Part shown: piece after piece, positions 49,233 through 60,365 of the stretch
Layout: each line of letters opens with the position of its first letter
How positions within the stretch are numbered: the first letter of the stretch is position 1
Origin: Candidatus Poribacteria bacterium
GTDB lineage: Bacteria; Poribacteria; WGA-4E; UBA9662
Length of the DNA: 64,000 nucleotides
Direction of reading: 5' to 3'
NCBI GenBank assembly: GCA_036339735.1
Contig: JAYZAL010000077.1
Span: 49,810-113,809, forward strand
Notes under the pieces: model-generated
What the model was told of the DNA's origin: nothing
What the model saw: the letters and a program-made list of their open reading frames with translations, nothing else
The model's database searches: none
Made by a program: the position numbers and the translations under genes

Positions 49233-51023
49233 TTGTATCCCATTCTGACTCTGTATGAGGAGCCGTTTATCAAAAACCTAAAACGGTTAGCTCATTATGC
49301 CACTCAACACAAGTGGATGGTACTGGTTTGTGTAGTGATGGTTTTTTTGACCAACATCACCACCTTGGTTGCTCCAATTTTATTGAAATGGGTAATCAAC
49401 AAGTTAGAAGAAAATATAGAAATCATCACTCAAGCACAGATTTTCCCTTATGCTGCAGGCTTGTTAGGTTTAGCTGTTCTGTCAGGTTTTTTTCGATTTG
49501 GTTACCGGCGCCTAATTGGTGGCTTGGCCGTTCAAATTGAATACGACCTACGTAATCATCTTTTTCGGCATTTGCAAACAATGCACCAAGCATACTTTGA
49601 CGAAGAAAGTATCGGAGATCTAATGTCTCGGGTTACTAATGATCTGGAATCTGTCCGTCGTTTAGTCGGTTTCGCCATCGTATTTATGGTTGATTCTATT
49701 GTATTTTTCTTCATGGCACTTGTGATCATGTTACGAATCGATCCAATCCTAACCTTGTTAGTTCTCATACCTTACCCTATTTTGGCTATTCTGGTACAAC
49801 AAACTACCGGTCGACTTCATAATCTGTATGAAGGAATTCAAGAAAGCTTTGCCGAAATGAACAGTAAAGTACAGGAAAATTTATCAGGTGTACGGGTAGT
49901 TAAAGCTTATAATTTGGAACAAAGAGAAATAGCTGATTTCGACCATAAGAACCATCAATTTATAGAACTTAACCGTCGTTTCTACCGTTTAGAAGCTCTT
50001 CTATTCCCAATTTTTCGCCTGTTACCTGGTGTTGGTGCGATGGTTTTACTCTGGGTAGGAGGTATTCACGTAGTCGAGGACAAAATTACTATCGGTGATT
50101 TTGTTGCTTTTACGGCTTATCTGGCAATGTTGACCAGGCCTGTGGTAATGCTTGGTTTTATCGTCAATCGTTTCGCTCAAGGTGCAGCCTCCATGGATCG
50201 AATATGTGCTATTTTGGACACTCCACCTTTGGTTAAAGACAAACCTGATGTTCGCCGGGATATTGAACAAATTCAAGGAGAAATACAATTTCGAAATTTG
50301 AGCTTCTCCTATCCCAATTTGCCACCAACACTAAAGAATATTAATCTCACTGTACCGGCCGGTTCTACGATTGCCATTGTTGGTGGGACTGGTTCAGGTA
50401 AGTCAACAATAGTCAACTTAGTTCCTCGAATATTGGATGTGGAGCCAGAAACTTTGTTTGTCGACGGGATAGACATTCGGCAAATTCCATTACAAACATT
50501 GCGCTCCCAAATTGGTGTAGTACAACAGGAAGCCTTTCTATTTTCTGATTTGCTTAAAAATAATATTGCTTTTGGTGTCGAATCTGCTTCCTCTGAACAA
50601 ATTAAGACTGTTGCTCATCATGTGGATTTACTAACGCAAATTGAGGAATTTCCGGACCAGTTGGAAACATTTGTTGGTGAAAAAGGAAAAACGTTATCTG
50701 GAGGACAAAAACAGAGAACCGCGATCGCTCGAGCTATTTTAACTCAACCTAAGATACTAATTCTTGACGATGCTTTTGCAAGTGTAGATACACACACTGA
50801 AGATATTATTCTTCAGCGATTAAGGGAAGTGATGGCTGATAGTACTACGATTATTATCTCTCATCGGATTTCAACGGTAAAGTCTGCCGATCTGATTATA
50901 GTTTTAGATGAAGGGCAGATCGTAGAGAGAGGAACACACACACAACTCTTAGCTGAAGACGGTTTCTACGCCAGCATTCACCAACGACAATTACTTACCG
51001 AAGAAATTGAGACCATGAACTAA
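49233..51023 (+). CDS. ABC exporter TMD+NBD subunit (degenerate Walker B)
   Basis: GGTGSGKST, LSGGQKQR, ILDDAFASVD, ISHR. Confidence 0.92.
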   Translation: MYPILTLYEEPFIKNLKRLAHYATQHKWMVLVCVVMVFLTNITTLVAPILLKWVINKLEENIEIITQAQIFPYAAGLLGLAVLSGFFRFGYRRLIGGLAVQIEYDLRNHLFRHLQTMHQAYFDEESIGDLMSRVTNDLESVRRLVGFAIVFMVDSIVFFFMALVIMLRIDPILTLLVLIPYPILAILVQQTTGRLHNLYEGIQESFAEMNSKVQENLSGVRVVKAYNLEQREIADFDHKNHQFIELNRRFYRLEALLFPIFRLLPGVGAMVLLWVGGIHVVEDKITIGDFVAFTAYLAMLTRPVVMLGFIVNRFAQGAASMDRICAILDTPPLVKDKPDVRRDIEQIQGEIQFRNLSFSYPNLPPTLKNINLTVPAGSTIAIVGGTGSGKSTIVNLVPRILDVEPETLFVDGIDIRQIPLQTLRSQIGVVQQEAFLFSDLLKNNIAFGVESASSEQIKTVAHHVDLLTQIEEFPDQLETFVGEKGKTLSGGQKQRTAIARAILTQPKILILDDAFASVDTHTEDIILQRLREVMADSTTIIISHRISTVKSADLIIVLDEGQIVERGTHTQLLAEDGFYASIHQRQLLTEEIETMN

Positions 51024-51041
51024 GATTATGGAGAGAATCTG

Positions 51042-52844
51042 ATGCAAGATGCTCTACACGAATATAGTGAAGAAGAAGAAGAGCTTAGTAAGATTTACGA
51101 TCGTGCTCTAATGCGACGGTTACTGACTTATCTTCATCCGTACCGATGGGAAGTAGTGCTAATTATGTCAGTCACAACTCTGGCAACTGCTGCTCGTCTA
51201 GCTATGCCTTACCTGACTAAGCTTGCTATAGACAACCACATTCGTCCTAAACAAATAGATGGACTAGAGAAGATTATTAGTTTCTTAGTTGGCCTGACTG
51301 TTCTGGGATTTTTCTTTGGTTACATTGAAATCTTCCGTTTAGAGATGCTAGGTAAGAAAATTACCTACGATTTGCGAAATGAAATTTTTAACCACTTACA
51401 AAAACTAGAAGTTGCCTTCTTTGATCGGACTCCAGTTGGTCGTTTGATGACACGGGTTATGGGCGATGTTACCCGTCTAAACGATTTATACTCCGAAGGC
51501 ATTATTGCGACCTTCGCTAATCTACTGACCATTTTTGGTATTATCGGAGTGATGCTGTATATCAATTGGCAGTTGGCAGTAGCTACTTTTTTGGTTTTTC
51601 CTATTATCTTCGGAATGACTATTGTCTACCAAATTTACTCTCGTCGAGCTTTTCGAGATCAACGTAAGTTTTTAGCTCAGATCAACGCTTTTTTGCAAGA
51701 AAGTATCAGTGGTATGACAACTATCCAATTATTTACCCGCGAGATGCGTAATTTCAAGCATTTTCAGGAACGAAATCGTTCCTATTTCAATGCTAGCTTG
51801 CGATCGATATTTTACTTTGCTGTCTTTTTCCCTATGATTGAGATTACGGCTGCACTTGCAACTGCCGTTGTCATTTGGTATGGCTGTGGGCAAATCATAC
51901 AAAATATGCTGACCTTCGGTGATTTGATAGCCTTCCTGCAGTATGCACAGCTTCTTTTTTGGCCAATCAGGGAGTTAAGTGAAAAATACACAATTTTTCA
52001 AAACGCGATGGCCTCTTCTGAACGGGTCTTTGATTTACTAGATACAAAACCCAAAATCGATGTGCAACAAGCTCAAAACCTTCCAAGTGGGAAAAAAGAT
52101 CATGAAGGTGTTATTGAATTTGACCATGTTTGGTTTGCATATAACGAAGGTGATCCAGTTTTACGAGATATTTCTTTTGAAATCAAGGCTGGTGAAAAGG
52201 TGGCAATTGTTGGTGCTACTGGTGCAGGAAAGACCTCAATTATCAATCTATTATGTCGTTTTTACGATATTGACCAAGGGCGGATTTTGCTTAATGGAAA
52301 AGATATTCGGTCAATTCCACTGCCTGAGCTACGTCAGCAAATCGGTCTTATTCAACAAGATATTTTCCTTTTTAGTGGAAAAATCGAAGATAATATACAT
52401 CTCAAGCACCCTCAGATTTCTACACAACAAGCCATTAAGTCAGCCAAAGAGGTTCATTTAGATCACTTTGTTTCCAAGATGGCTCATACCTATCAGACCG
52501 AGATTAAAGAAGCAGGTAGTGGCTTGTCTGTTGGTCAAAAACAATTGGTTTCGTTTGCCCGTGCATTGGCTCACGATCCATCTATTTTAATCTTGGATGA
52601 AGCTACATCTAGTGTTGATACTGAAACCGAGCGATTAATTCAGGATGCACTGAGTCGATTAATGAAAGGAAGAACAACGATTGCCATTGCTCATCGTTTA
52701 TCAACTATCCAAAACGCTGACAAAATTTTGGTCATGCACCGAGGGAAGCTGAGAGAAATCGGGACTCATAACGAATTGATCAATCAGCGTGGCTTGTACT
52801 ATCGACTCTATCAACTTCAGTATAAAGATCAAGATATTGGATGA
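51042..52844 (+). CDS. ABC exporter TMD+NBD subunit (partner of 49233-51023)
   Basis: GATGAGKTS, LSVGQKQ, ILDEATSSVD, IAHRL. Confidence 0.92.
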   Translation: MQDALHEYSEEEEELSKIYDRALMRRLLTYLHPYRWEVVLIMSVTTLATAARLAMPYLTKLAIDNHIRPKQIDGLEKIISFLVGLTVLGFFFGYIEIFRLEMLGKKITYDLRNEIFNHLQKLEVAFFDRTPVGRLMTRVMGDVTRLNDLYSEGIIATFANLLTIFGIIGVMLYINWQLAVATFLVFPIIFGMTIVYQIYSRRAFRDQRKFLAQINAFLQESISGMTTIQLFTREMRNFKHFQERNRSYFNASLRSIFYFAVFFPMIEITAALATAVVIWYGCGQIIQNMLTFGDLIAFLQYAQLLFWPIRELSEKYTIFQNAMASSERVFDLLDTKPKIDVQQAQNLPSGKKDHEGVIEFDHVWFAYNEGDPVLRDISFEIKAGEKVAIVGATGAGKTSIINLLCRFYDIDQGRILLNGKDIRSIPLPELRQQIGLIQQDIFLFSGKIEDNIHLKHPQISTQQAIKSAKEVHLDHFVSKMAHTYQTEIKEAGSGLSVGQKQLVSFARALAHDPSILILDEATSSVDTETERLIQDALSRLMKGRTTIAIAHRLSTIQNADKILVMHRGKLREIGTHNELINQRGLYYRLYQLQYKDQDIG

Positions 52845-53384
52845 TTACAATTGTATCTCTGCAAGAAAAAAGCAGATCAATTCCTTGATGTTGAGTAGAT
52901 GACTAAAAGAATTGAAGCAGAAAGCGGAAGGATTTTGCGATTCACACATGGCTATCCAGAGCGGTATTTCATCTAGTCATGACAAATAATAGAATAGACC
53001 TGTTCAATAATCAAAAAAGACCATTCCGCCAGTTTGCATAATAAGCATAATGTGTACCCTATTTCTCGACCTTCTGCTTGTTACCAGTTTCCATTGGAGA
53101 GTTTTCCTTCAAGCATTCAAATGTTTTTTAATAACATATTTTGACCTTTTTATTTAAGTAGCTGGATTTGGGTCGTACTTGTTATTAGTTCACTGATTTA
53201 TGTGCCTTCCTAACGCAGTATTCGAAATTTTATGTCTATTGGTAACGAGGGATTTGAGATTGATCAAGTGTTTGGTAATACTATCTTAGAAATCCTGAGA
53301 TTAATTCAAAAAACTATTCTAACAATACCAAGCTATTAGAATTCAAATTTCAAGCTTTAATTTCTGTTTAAGGCGACGTATAAA

Positions 53385-53858
53385 ATGATGAAGCGCTCAT
53401 TCTCAATTTGCTTGATCGTCATCTCTTTAGTCGCTTGTGACAAACCATCGCCACTTGATGGGACACGAATCAAAATTAGCCCTCGAATACATCTAGAATT
53501 AAACCATAATTCCGTAACTGGAAATCTGAATATCATTACAATTGAGCCTAAGTCTAGGAAAAGTATTCCGATCGATCAACACACCATTGATGTACAGATT
53601 TTTACTACTGTTATTACAACTAAACCAATTCAAATTACTTTGGATAGTGTGACCAATAGCTATTACAACGTTCAGACCGATGAACTAGTCGGTGTCTACG
53701 AGTTTCGAGGTTGGATCGAGCAACTTCAAATTCACGGGCAAACCTACCGACAAATTCGATTTATTCATCCTGAAGTCAGATGGTGGGAAACGACTCGCAC
53801 TCGGGATAAGCGATTACGCAAAGAGCTGAAACGACAACTGAGTCAGGAAAGACTTTAA
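53385..53858 (+). CDS. Hypothetical lipoprotein
   Basis: Basic N-terminus, hydrophobic core and LVAC lipobox. Confidence 0.6.
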   Translation: MMKRSFSICLIVISLVACDKPSPLDGTRIKISPRIHLELNHNSVTGNLNIITIEPKSRKSIPIDQHTIDVQIFTTVITTKPIQITLDSVTNSYYNVQTDELVGVYEFRGWIEQLQIHGQTYRQIRFIHPEVRWWETTRTRDKRLRKELKRQLSQERL

Positions 53859-54177
53859 GTGCCAATTCGACGAATCGTAATCGTGATTTTTCACATAACA
53901 TCAGAACCATAATTTGATTTAGTTAAGTGAAAAATGTCAAGTTTTGTATTCTATTTACTAAAATCTTTAATAATTTAGTTGATGTCAGAGAGAATTCTAA
54001 CCACTACAAAATAGATCCAGTTAAAATTAGGGATGAACTAGTATTGGACTTGACTCAATCTATTAGTTAATGAATATATAGCCTATTGATTTCATCCATA
54101 TCTCAAGTTTTAGGATTGCATTTATCCTTACACTAATTAATGTCAATAATCACAAATTAACATGCTTCTCCCAAGCC

Positions 54178-54238
54178 AGAAAGGACTAGATGTCTCCTCG
54201 CAGAAAACTCTTCTTTGAGGGGATATCTAGTCCTTTCT
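54178..54238 (+). repeat. Long inverted repeat/hairpin (23-bp stem) between convergent genes
   Basis: agaaaggactagatgtctcctcg pairs with tgaggggatatctagtcctttct: 20 Watson-Crick plus 3 G-U pairs on the + strand. Confidence 0.8.
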
Positions 54239-54459
54239 TTCACACTAACTAAACCATTCTATAACTCTTCTCTTGTCGTACATAATGCTTCTTCTCTTTG
54301 TTTTAATGGATAAAGACTACATTTTTACTGAGTAAAAGAAGAACGAATTCAATTCAATTGAGATGTATGTGCACGAATCGAAAAAATTAGCTTGGCGGGG
54401 AACTGAAAGATCGAGGCGTTGAGGTTTTCTTCAGAAGGGAAGAGTCAATTTATTGATTC

Positions 54460-55746
54460 TCAGGTGAAATGACCAAGTATATGTTTCCTAGCTAGGAGAG
54501 TTAACGTCAGACCACGAGACAATGTAAAAAGCATTAGGGCTGTCCAAAGGCCATGATTACCGAATCGAATTAATAAGTAATAAGTAGGAAAAAATATTAC
54601 AACAGCCGAAAAAATCATGGCATTTCTCATTGGCTGTGACGCGGAAGCTCCCAGGTAAATCCCATCCCAAACGTAAGCCGCAACGTTAAGAATCGGAGCG
54701 ATAATAACCCAAATAAAGTACTGACTGGCTTGTTGGATCAAGTTTGGTTGATCAGTAAACAAATATAGAATTTGTGTGCCAGTCAACCAGAAAACGAAAC
54801 TGAAAAATAAGCCAAAAGCGTAGCCCCAAAGAAACGTGTAGTGAATAGCTCGATTAAGTTGCGATTGATTGGCCTGCCCCTTATATTTGCCTATTAGGCA
54901 TTCGGCAGCAAAGGCAAAGCCATCAACGGCAAAGGCCAAGAGAGAAATAAATTGTAGTAGCAAGGTATTGACAGCTAAAATCTGGTCGCCAAGAGACGCG
55001 GATTTGGAAGTGAAAAAAGCGTGACAAAGAACCAAGCTAAGGGTACGAATGACAATATCTCCACTGATGGAAAAAAAACGCCGCCAAAGTACTCGATGAG
55101 AACTGCGATACTGCCATAGATGACGATAGTGATACCAGAATAAAATTATTGCCACTATTAATCCAATATACTGTGAAATTACTGTACCCAAGGCAACGCC
55201 ATCTACTTTCATTCCTAAGCCCATAACTAGTACTAAGTTGAGTATGATATTAGATACATTCGTAATGATTACTAAAAACATGGGGATACGGGCATTCTGC
55301 ATACCCAAGAACCAGCCGTGAAAGCAGTAAAGCATCAAAGTTGCGGGAGCAGCTAAAATACGGATGCCAAAATACTGCTTAGTTAGATACTCCACTTCGT
55401 TGCTGGCTTCTATCAATCGAAAACTGACCACCGAGATAACTGGTTGTAGCAAAATTAGGAGAAAGCCACTTACCAAAGCTACTTTTGAAGCCATTTCTAA
55501 CATGGCAATGGATTGACTTTGCTTTTTAGCTCCAGAAACTTGCGCCGTCATTCCCGTAGTGCTCATTCTAAGAAAACCAAATCCCCAATATAAAACATTA
55601 AAAATCGTAGCCCCGACAGCAATGGCACCTAATTCCTGCGTTGATGCTAGATGTCCCATCAATGCCACATCAACTGCCGATAGAACTGGTACGGATATGT
55701 TGCTTATGATATTTGGGATAGCTAGTCGTAATATTTCTTTATTCAT
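54460..55746 (-). CDS. MATE efflux transporter, DinF-like
   Basis: LAIPNIISNISVP, GFLRMSTTG, GWFLGMQN, DGFAFAAE, WDGIYLGA; about 12 TM helices. Confidence 0.92.
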   Translation of the reverse strand: MNKEILRLAIPNIISNISVPVLSAVDVALMGHLASTQELGAIAVGATIFNVLYWGFGFLRMSTTGMTAQVSGAKKQSQSIAMLEMASKVALVSGFLLILLQPVISVVSFRLIEASNEVEYLTKQYFGIRILAAPATLMLYCFHGWFLGMQNARIPMFLVIITNVSNIILNLVLVMGLGMKVDGVALGTVISQYIGLIVAIILFWYHYRHLWQYRSSHRVLWRRFFSISGDIVIRTLSLVLCHAFFTSKSASLGDQILAVNTLLLQFISLLAFAVDGFAFAAECLIGKYKGQANQSQLNRAIHYTFLWGYAFGLFFSFVFWLTGTQILYLFTDQPNLIQQASQYFIWVIIAPILNVAAYVWDGIYLGASASQPMRNAMIFSAVVIFFPTYYLLIRFGNHGLWTALMLFTLSRGLTLTLLARKHILGHFT

Positions 55747-55942
55747 TTATTTGTATTCATAGAAATCTAAATTCAAACTAGATTTTGAGACTTTGAGGAA
55801 TAGGTACTACCGGACTTGAGATTTTATAAGTCTCCTTTAGTATATTTGAGAGAGAGCCTGAAAATCTGCAATGGCATGTGTAATGGTCTTGCTCGTGGTA
55901 TTAATTTGTGTTCTAGAGGACAGAGGCCATCAATTCAATCTG

Positions 55943-56377
55943 CTAAATAGCACCCATAAAGTCAAAATAATAACAATAAAACCAAGCAAAATGTGCCTAA
56001 ATTTAATCTTATTATCAGGTCGACTTTTCGTAGCCGTATAAGATTTTAAAAAAATTTCAATGTCTGGAGATTGTAGAGTTCTCTCTGAACCATTCGGTAG
56101 TCTTTTGCATGAGTTGTATTCTACAAATGACTTTCTGAGTTCAGGTTCGGCACAATATTTACAAGACTTTTCTTCTCATAGCCAAGCTTATATAGACGAC
56201 ATGCTCTACATATCATTAGAACCCCGGTGGGGTGTTTGTCCATTCTAGAAGCTCATTCTGAGGAGGGACAAAATCTTTCTCGCTGCAATTAGGACAATAC
56301 TTTTTACTTATTGCAATAGGTTCCTTGCCACAATTTTCACAAAACACTTTCTCGTGTTGTAGAGTTGTATTAGGCAT
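55943..56377 (-). pseudogene. Frameshifted multi-zinc-ribbon membrane protein
   Basis: Four CxxC motifs in order across shifting frames (FCENCG, YCPNCS, ICRACR, SCKYCA), then a TM segment RHILLGFIVIIFDFMGAI*. Confidence 0.55.
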
Positions 56378-56455
56378 TTTCGGCTCTAATTATTCTAAAT
56401 GGGCTGATTCTGAATTAGCCTGATCTTATGAATCTTGGATGTTTTGTCAATTTTA

Positions 56456-56507
56456 AGCGAAAATGTGATGCGAGCCAAGAAACTTTGCTGCGTATCACAT
56501 TTTCGCT
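56456..56507 (+). repeat. Inverted repeat/hairpin (17-bp arms)
   Basis: agcgaaaatgtgatgcg pairs with cgtatcacattttcgct (one G-U pair), with extra inner pairing. Confidence 0.8.
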
Positions 56508-56765
56508 AATATCTGTTGAAGGTTTACTCAGATGTAGAATAGAAAAATATTAATCACTCTACAGCCAGAAAGACAGAAATGTAATGGCGGTTTATACAGT
56601 AATATTTCTATTGATATCTACAAAAAGCAGAAAACCTTTGAATATCTTACCGAAGGGCTGTGCAATCAAGATTTAATTGGTGAACTACTGGACGGAATCA
56701 ATTGTAAATAAATGAAATATTATTCACAGATTAATTCAATTAAGTAATATGGAGTTCAGGTAGGA

Positions 56766-57237
56766 ATGACTAGAGGAGATATTATTGCTTTGTCAATATC
56801 GGCCTTACTGGGCATCGCGATATACTCAATTATAGACAGTATTTTGGAATGTTTTTTCTTTCATAGTCCTAACTATGATGGGGGCTCAAAATTTCAACAT
56901 ATTTTCCCAACATGTATTTTTATTGGTCATTTATGCTGTTATCTGCCATTGGTTTTACTTCCATTTGCTGTCAACATTGGGTGATAACTTTGTGGTCCAT
57001 GTGGTTATGTCCTGTGTTAGAAGATTTATTATTTTTCATCTCACTGGGGTTATGAAATATCCATTTCCAGTCTCCAACTGGTAAGACAAGGCATTTTGGG
57101 TAACTAAAGTTTTGAAATTGGGTCAGCCAACAACATTTTTCCCTATACTCCTAGTTTCTATATGGGATTACCACTCATCTACCTATTTGGGATAGTATTG
57201 TTAATTAAGTTCCAAATACGAAAACAAAATATTTGAT
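56766..57237 (+). pseudogene. Fragmented membrane-protein gene
   Basis: AGGTAGGA RBS and MTRGDIIALSIS..., then hydrophobic segments continue over several frameshifts and stops (LWSMWLCPVLEDLLFFISLG, KYPFPVSNW, FYMGLPLIYLFGIVLLIKFQ). Confidence 0.45.
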
Positions 57238-57309
57238 AGAGAACGGATATGTAATTTGTTTTTAATGAATTATAGTTGTTACTACCAGATTTTGTATATA
57301 ACGAGATAT

Positions 57310-57930
57310 TTAAAAGAGTTCATCTTTTTCTGCTTGGGTTTCTACCGGGGGCGAATCTTTAACCTCAAAACCATATAATTCAATTTCATGGACAAATGGT
57401 GCCCCTCTCTTAACCGTCTGTCTGTGTATACCAACTCTAGAGTGAGTGAATTTCTCGGCAATTCTTTGATCGTCCGAAGTTGCACCGATTAGAATTCGGA
57501 TTCTTTGAGCGTTGAAGACTTTACGAATTTCGAAGGTAGATTCTCGATTGCTATCGATTTGCTCCCATTTCATCCAATCATTCTCATCATCATTATTTCT
57601 GTCGATATAAAGTGTCAAGTTCTGAATATTAGTTTGCCGAAAGACCAGTCGGTGAACAGTCTTTCGCTCGGGTAAGTTAATCCTAATTTGGTGCCCAGAA
57701 CTACCAACTGTTTTTATATCACCATCAATCATTTCCCGAGCGGAACAAGTAACACCTTCTATCAGGGCATAATTTTGACTCCATGCCTGAGCAGCAAATA
57801 ATATTGATGTAAATTCTGATAAGCGGCAAGATGAAAAGAGCGACATGGATACGATTACATGAAGGATAAAGAAAACCTTGAATTGGCTAGTCTTTAGAAA
57901 TAAAAACGTTGGCTGTTCTTGAAGCTTCAA
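57310..57930 (-). CDS. Hypothetical exported protein (start uncertain)
   Basis: 206-aa ORF with hydrophobic N-terminus; IDGDIKT and EIELYG suggest a discoidin-like beta sandwich. Confidence 0.6.
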   Translation of the reverse strand: MKLQEQPTFLFLKTSQFKVFFILHVIVSMSLFSSCRLSEFTSILFAAQAWSQNYALIEGVTCSAREMIDGDIKTVGSSGHQIRINLPERKTVHRLVFRQTNIQNLTLYIDRNNDDENDWMKWEQIDSNRESTFEIRKVFNAQRIRILIGATSDDQRIAEKFTHSRVGIHRQTVKRGAPFVHEIELYGFEVKDSPPVETQAEKDELF

Positions 57931-58571
57931 ATCTCTCCTCTTACTAACTAGTTATTAGTTTCAACTCTAGGTGTGATCGGACTTATTCTGGGGGGTAACC
58001 TTACTTAGTTAGAAGAACCCATTCATAAAAAATTGATAGATAAGCCTCGTTGCCAATAATGTTAGCATCGAATTGAAGGCTAGGCAAAAATTTTGCTCGT
58101 CATACATATCTGTTGTGCCCAATAGAGTCGTGGCTATCATCAATAAAAGATTGAAATGCGGCAATAAATACTAATAAGCCGAAAGTCGAGATTTTGTCCC
58201 ATTTTGACATGAGAAAAAAGTATCGTGGCTAGATACTGCTGTGCCTTATCCCTCAATAGAAGTCTGATGAATGAATTTGTCATAACAACCTAATCAATCA
58301 GTGTTATTTTAGGTTTGATTTATGTGAAACTAAGGGGAAATATTCCTATTTAAATGGAATGTGAAACCATGAATACCAATAAGGATTTCTTGAAGCAATC
58401 GTGAATATGAAATGGAAAGTCATCACAGATTAGATTACAATTTCTGGAGTGAATTACTGGAAAACAAAAGTTAGGGGAAATTTTAAAAAGAATTTGATTG
58501 ACAATCTAAAATTTAGATGTTTTTTCTTCAAAGGATCTAATCTCTAAACCAGTGTGAAATTTCAAAATCGA

Positions 58572-58853
58572 ACCCAAGTCAGAATATGAACAAAATTCCG
58601 TTGAAAGACTCTGTCCAAGCAGTCGCGCATAGATTGATTATGGGTTTTGTCTTTATCTTAAGGAACTTACAGGTAAACCGGATTTAGTGTAAAAAGTATA
58701 AACTAGTTATATTTGCGTATTGATGTTCTAAAAACGAATTGTCATTTCTGGCTAAATAAATTTGAGCCCTATGTAGGACGAGACCTGAATGATTATCAGA
58801 AGTTAGAAAAGTCAGTTTGGTATATTGCTACGGTATGAGAATACTTAACTAAA
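58572..58853 (+). pseudogene. vsr: Very-short-patch repair endonuclease (Vsr) remnant
   Basis: Hand translation: SQNMNKIPLKDS / GFCLYLKELTGKPDLV* / KYKLVIFAY*C / KTNCHFWLNKFEPYVGRDLNDYQKLEKSVWYIATV*E, matching the order of Vsr motifs (NM..I..KDT, LPGKPD, IFVHGCFW, FW..K, GW...VWE). Confidence 0.75.
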
Positions 58854-59054
58854 AGTCTGTTCGATTTACTGATGAAAATAAACGAAATATTCTGTGAAGG
58901 CATTGCTATTTTAGAAGAGTCCTTTCAGGAAGCAGAGAGTAGTCAAATTTAATAAATGAGATGGATGCTTATGCCAACTGGTAGATCTTGCTAATACGGG
59001 TATTTAGTTTCACTTACATTTATGGTTTACTCTTTCTGAAGTGGCTAGTGGAGG

Positions 59055-59570
59055 ATGTTGTTAAATATGAAGAACCCAATTATAGTTTTTTTGATATGCG
59101 TTACGACTTTATTTGGAAAGACCAATATTAGTTCAGCTAAAAATGCCGTTTATTTTGAGTATGCGGGTACTGCTTTAAATTCTTCCGTTAATTACGAATT
59201 TCTTTTTCGAAATGATATCCCTATTCGAGTTGGTTTGGGCTATATTAACGCTGAACAATCAGTGAATTTCGGTGATAAGTTTTCAGATAACCAAGAGGCA
59301 TCTTTAGTGCCAGTAACGATTGGGAAATTAATTGGTCGGAAAGGACATAATCTTGAATTAGGAGCAGGATTTGTAATTAAGTATTTTCATAGAGAGAGCC
59401 AATTTGAAAATGAAAAAAACGGAGCACTGTTAAATGGCCTGATTGGTTATCGTTATCAGAATATTAAAAATAGGGGCTTTTTAGTTCGTCTGACGCTAAG
59501 CCCAATATACCAGTCGATTGATGAAGGGTTTACAGTTTACACCGGTGTTAGTATCGGCTATTTATTTTAA
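59055..59570 (+). CDS. Hypothetical outer-membrane beta-barrel-like protein
   Basis: Signal peptide, alternating amphipathic strands, C-terminal GVSIGYLF beta-signal. Confidence 0.65.
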   Translation: MLLNMKNPIIVFLICVTTLFGKTNISSAKNAVYFEYAGTALNSSVNYEFLFRNDIPIRVGLGYINAEQSVNFGDKFSDNQEASLVPVTIGKLIGRKGHNLELGAGFVIKYFHRESQFENEKNGALLNGLIGYRYQNIKNRGFLVRLTLSPIYQSIDEGFTVYTGVSIGYLF

Positions 59571-59601
59571 AAAATCAGCATGTTAGAGATTAAGCCGGCA
59601 T

Positions 59602-59749
59602 AAAGATAGAGTGAGCCAAAGGTGTTTAGCCCACCTTATAGAAGTCAGCATTACCATCTTATTCAGCTAAAAATTGACCATAGGTACAAAAAAGAGCGTT
59701 TTATTAGCCCACTTTTTCATCACCTTCTCGTGTAAGATAAATATTTCAA
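59602..59749 (-). repeat. Dispersed non-coding element, copy B
   Basis: Shares collinear blocks with 61312-61481 (GTGAGCCA..CCCACCTTA.AGAAG, TACCAT, TAGGTACAAAAA, GTAAG.T.AATAT.TCAA). Confidence 0.7.
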
Positions 59750-59973
59750 TTCGCTTTATCTGTCTCTTGTTTTGGGTTAGAGCCTCTGTTTGTATAATAG
59801 TCAATTAGCTAATCAATAACGAATTTATCAACTTTTTTTATCTAAGAACTGGGAAGAGATTCCGTAGGCTTAGCATGAAAATAGTTGGTTATACTAGACG
59901 GGAGACGACAACAGTTCCGCTACGAGAATATATGCTGAAGATTAATTAGTCTGGGTACTAAATATTTTCAGAG

Positions 59974-60345
59974 CTATTTCGCTTCATTTTGCGTAGCTTT
60001 TAATTCGTCGGCAGTTTTACCCCCATATTGGCGTAATAGATTCTCGATTTCTGGGTTTTTGGCTCTATCAACAGGTGTTTTCCCCCAACAAATTGGGTTT
60101 GCCTGAGCGTTGTTCACTAATAGTAATTGTACGATTTCTAGGTGTCCCGCAGACGAAGCGTTATGGAGTGCTGTTTCACCATCCCAACCTTTTCCATTAA
60201 CGTTAGATCCAGAGCTTAAAAGTTTAATCACTTTCTGTATATTACCAGTGTGTGCTGCTTTGTTAAGTCCGATATCTGTTTGAACTCTATCACAAGATAA
60301 TCCGATAAAAGCAACAAAAATCCAAATGAACTTTTTATATTTCAT
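59974..60345 (-). CDS. Ankyrin-repeat lipoprotein
   Basis: IGLSC lipobox; GETALHNASSAGHLEIVQLLL, GKTPVD. Confidence 0.88.
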   Translation of the reverse strand: MKYKKFIWIFVAFIGLSCDRVQTDIGLNKAAHTGNIQKVIKLLSSGSNVNGKGWDGETALHNASSAGHLEIVQLLLVNNAQANPICWGKTPVDRAKNPEIENLLRQYGGKTADELKATQNEAK

Positions 60346-60365
60346 CTTTGGCTTGTATCCATCAA

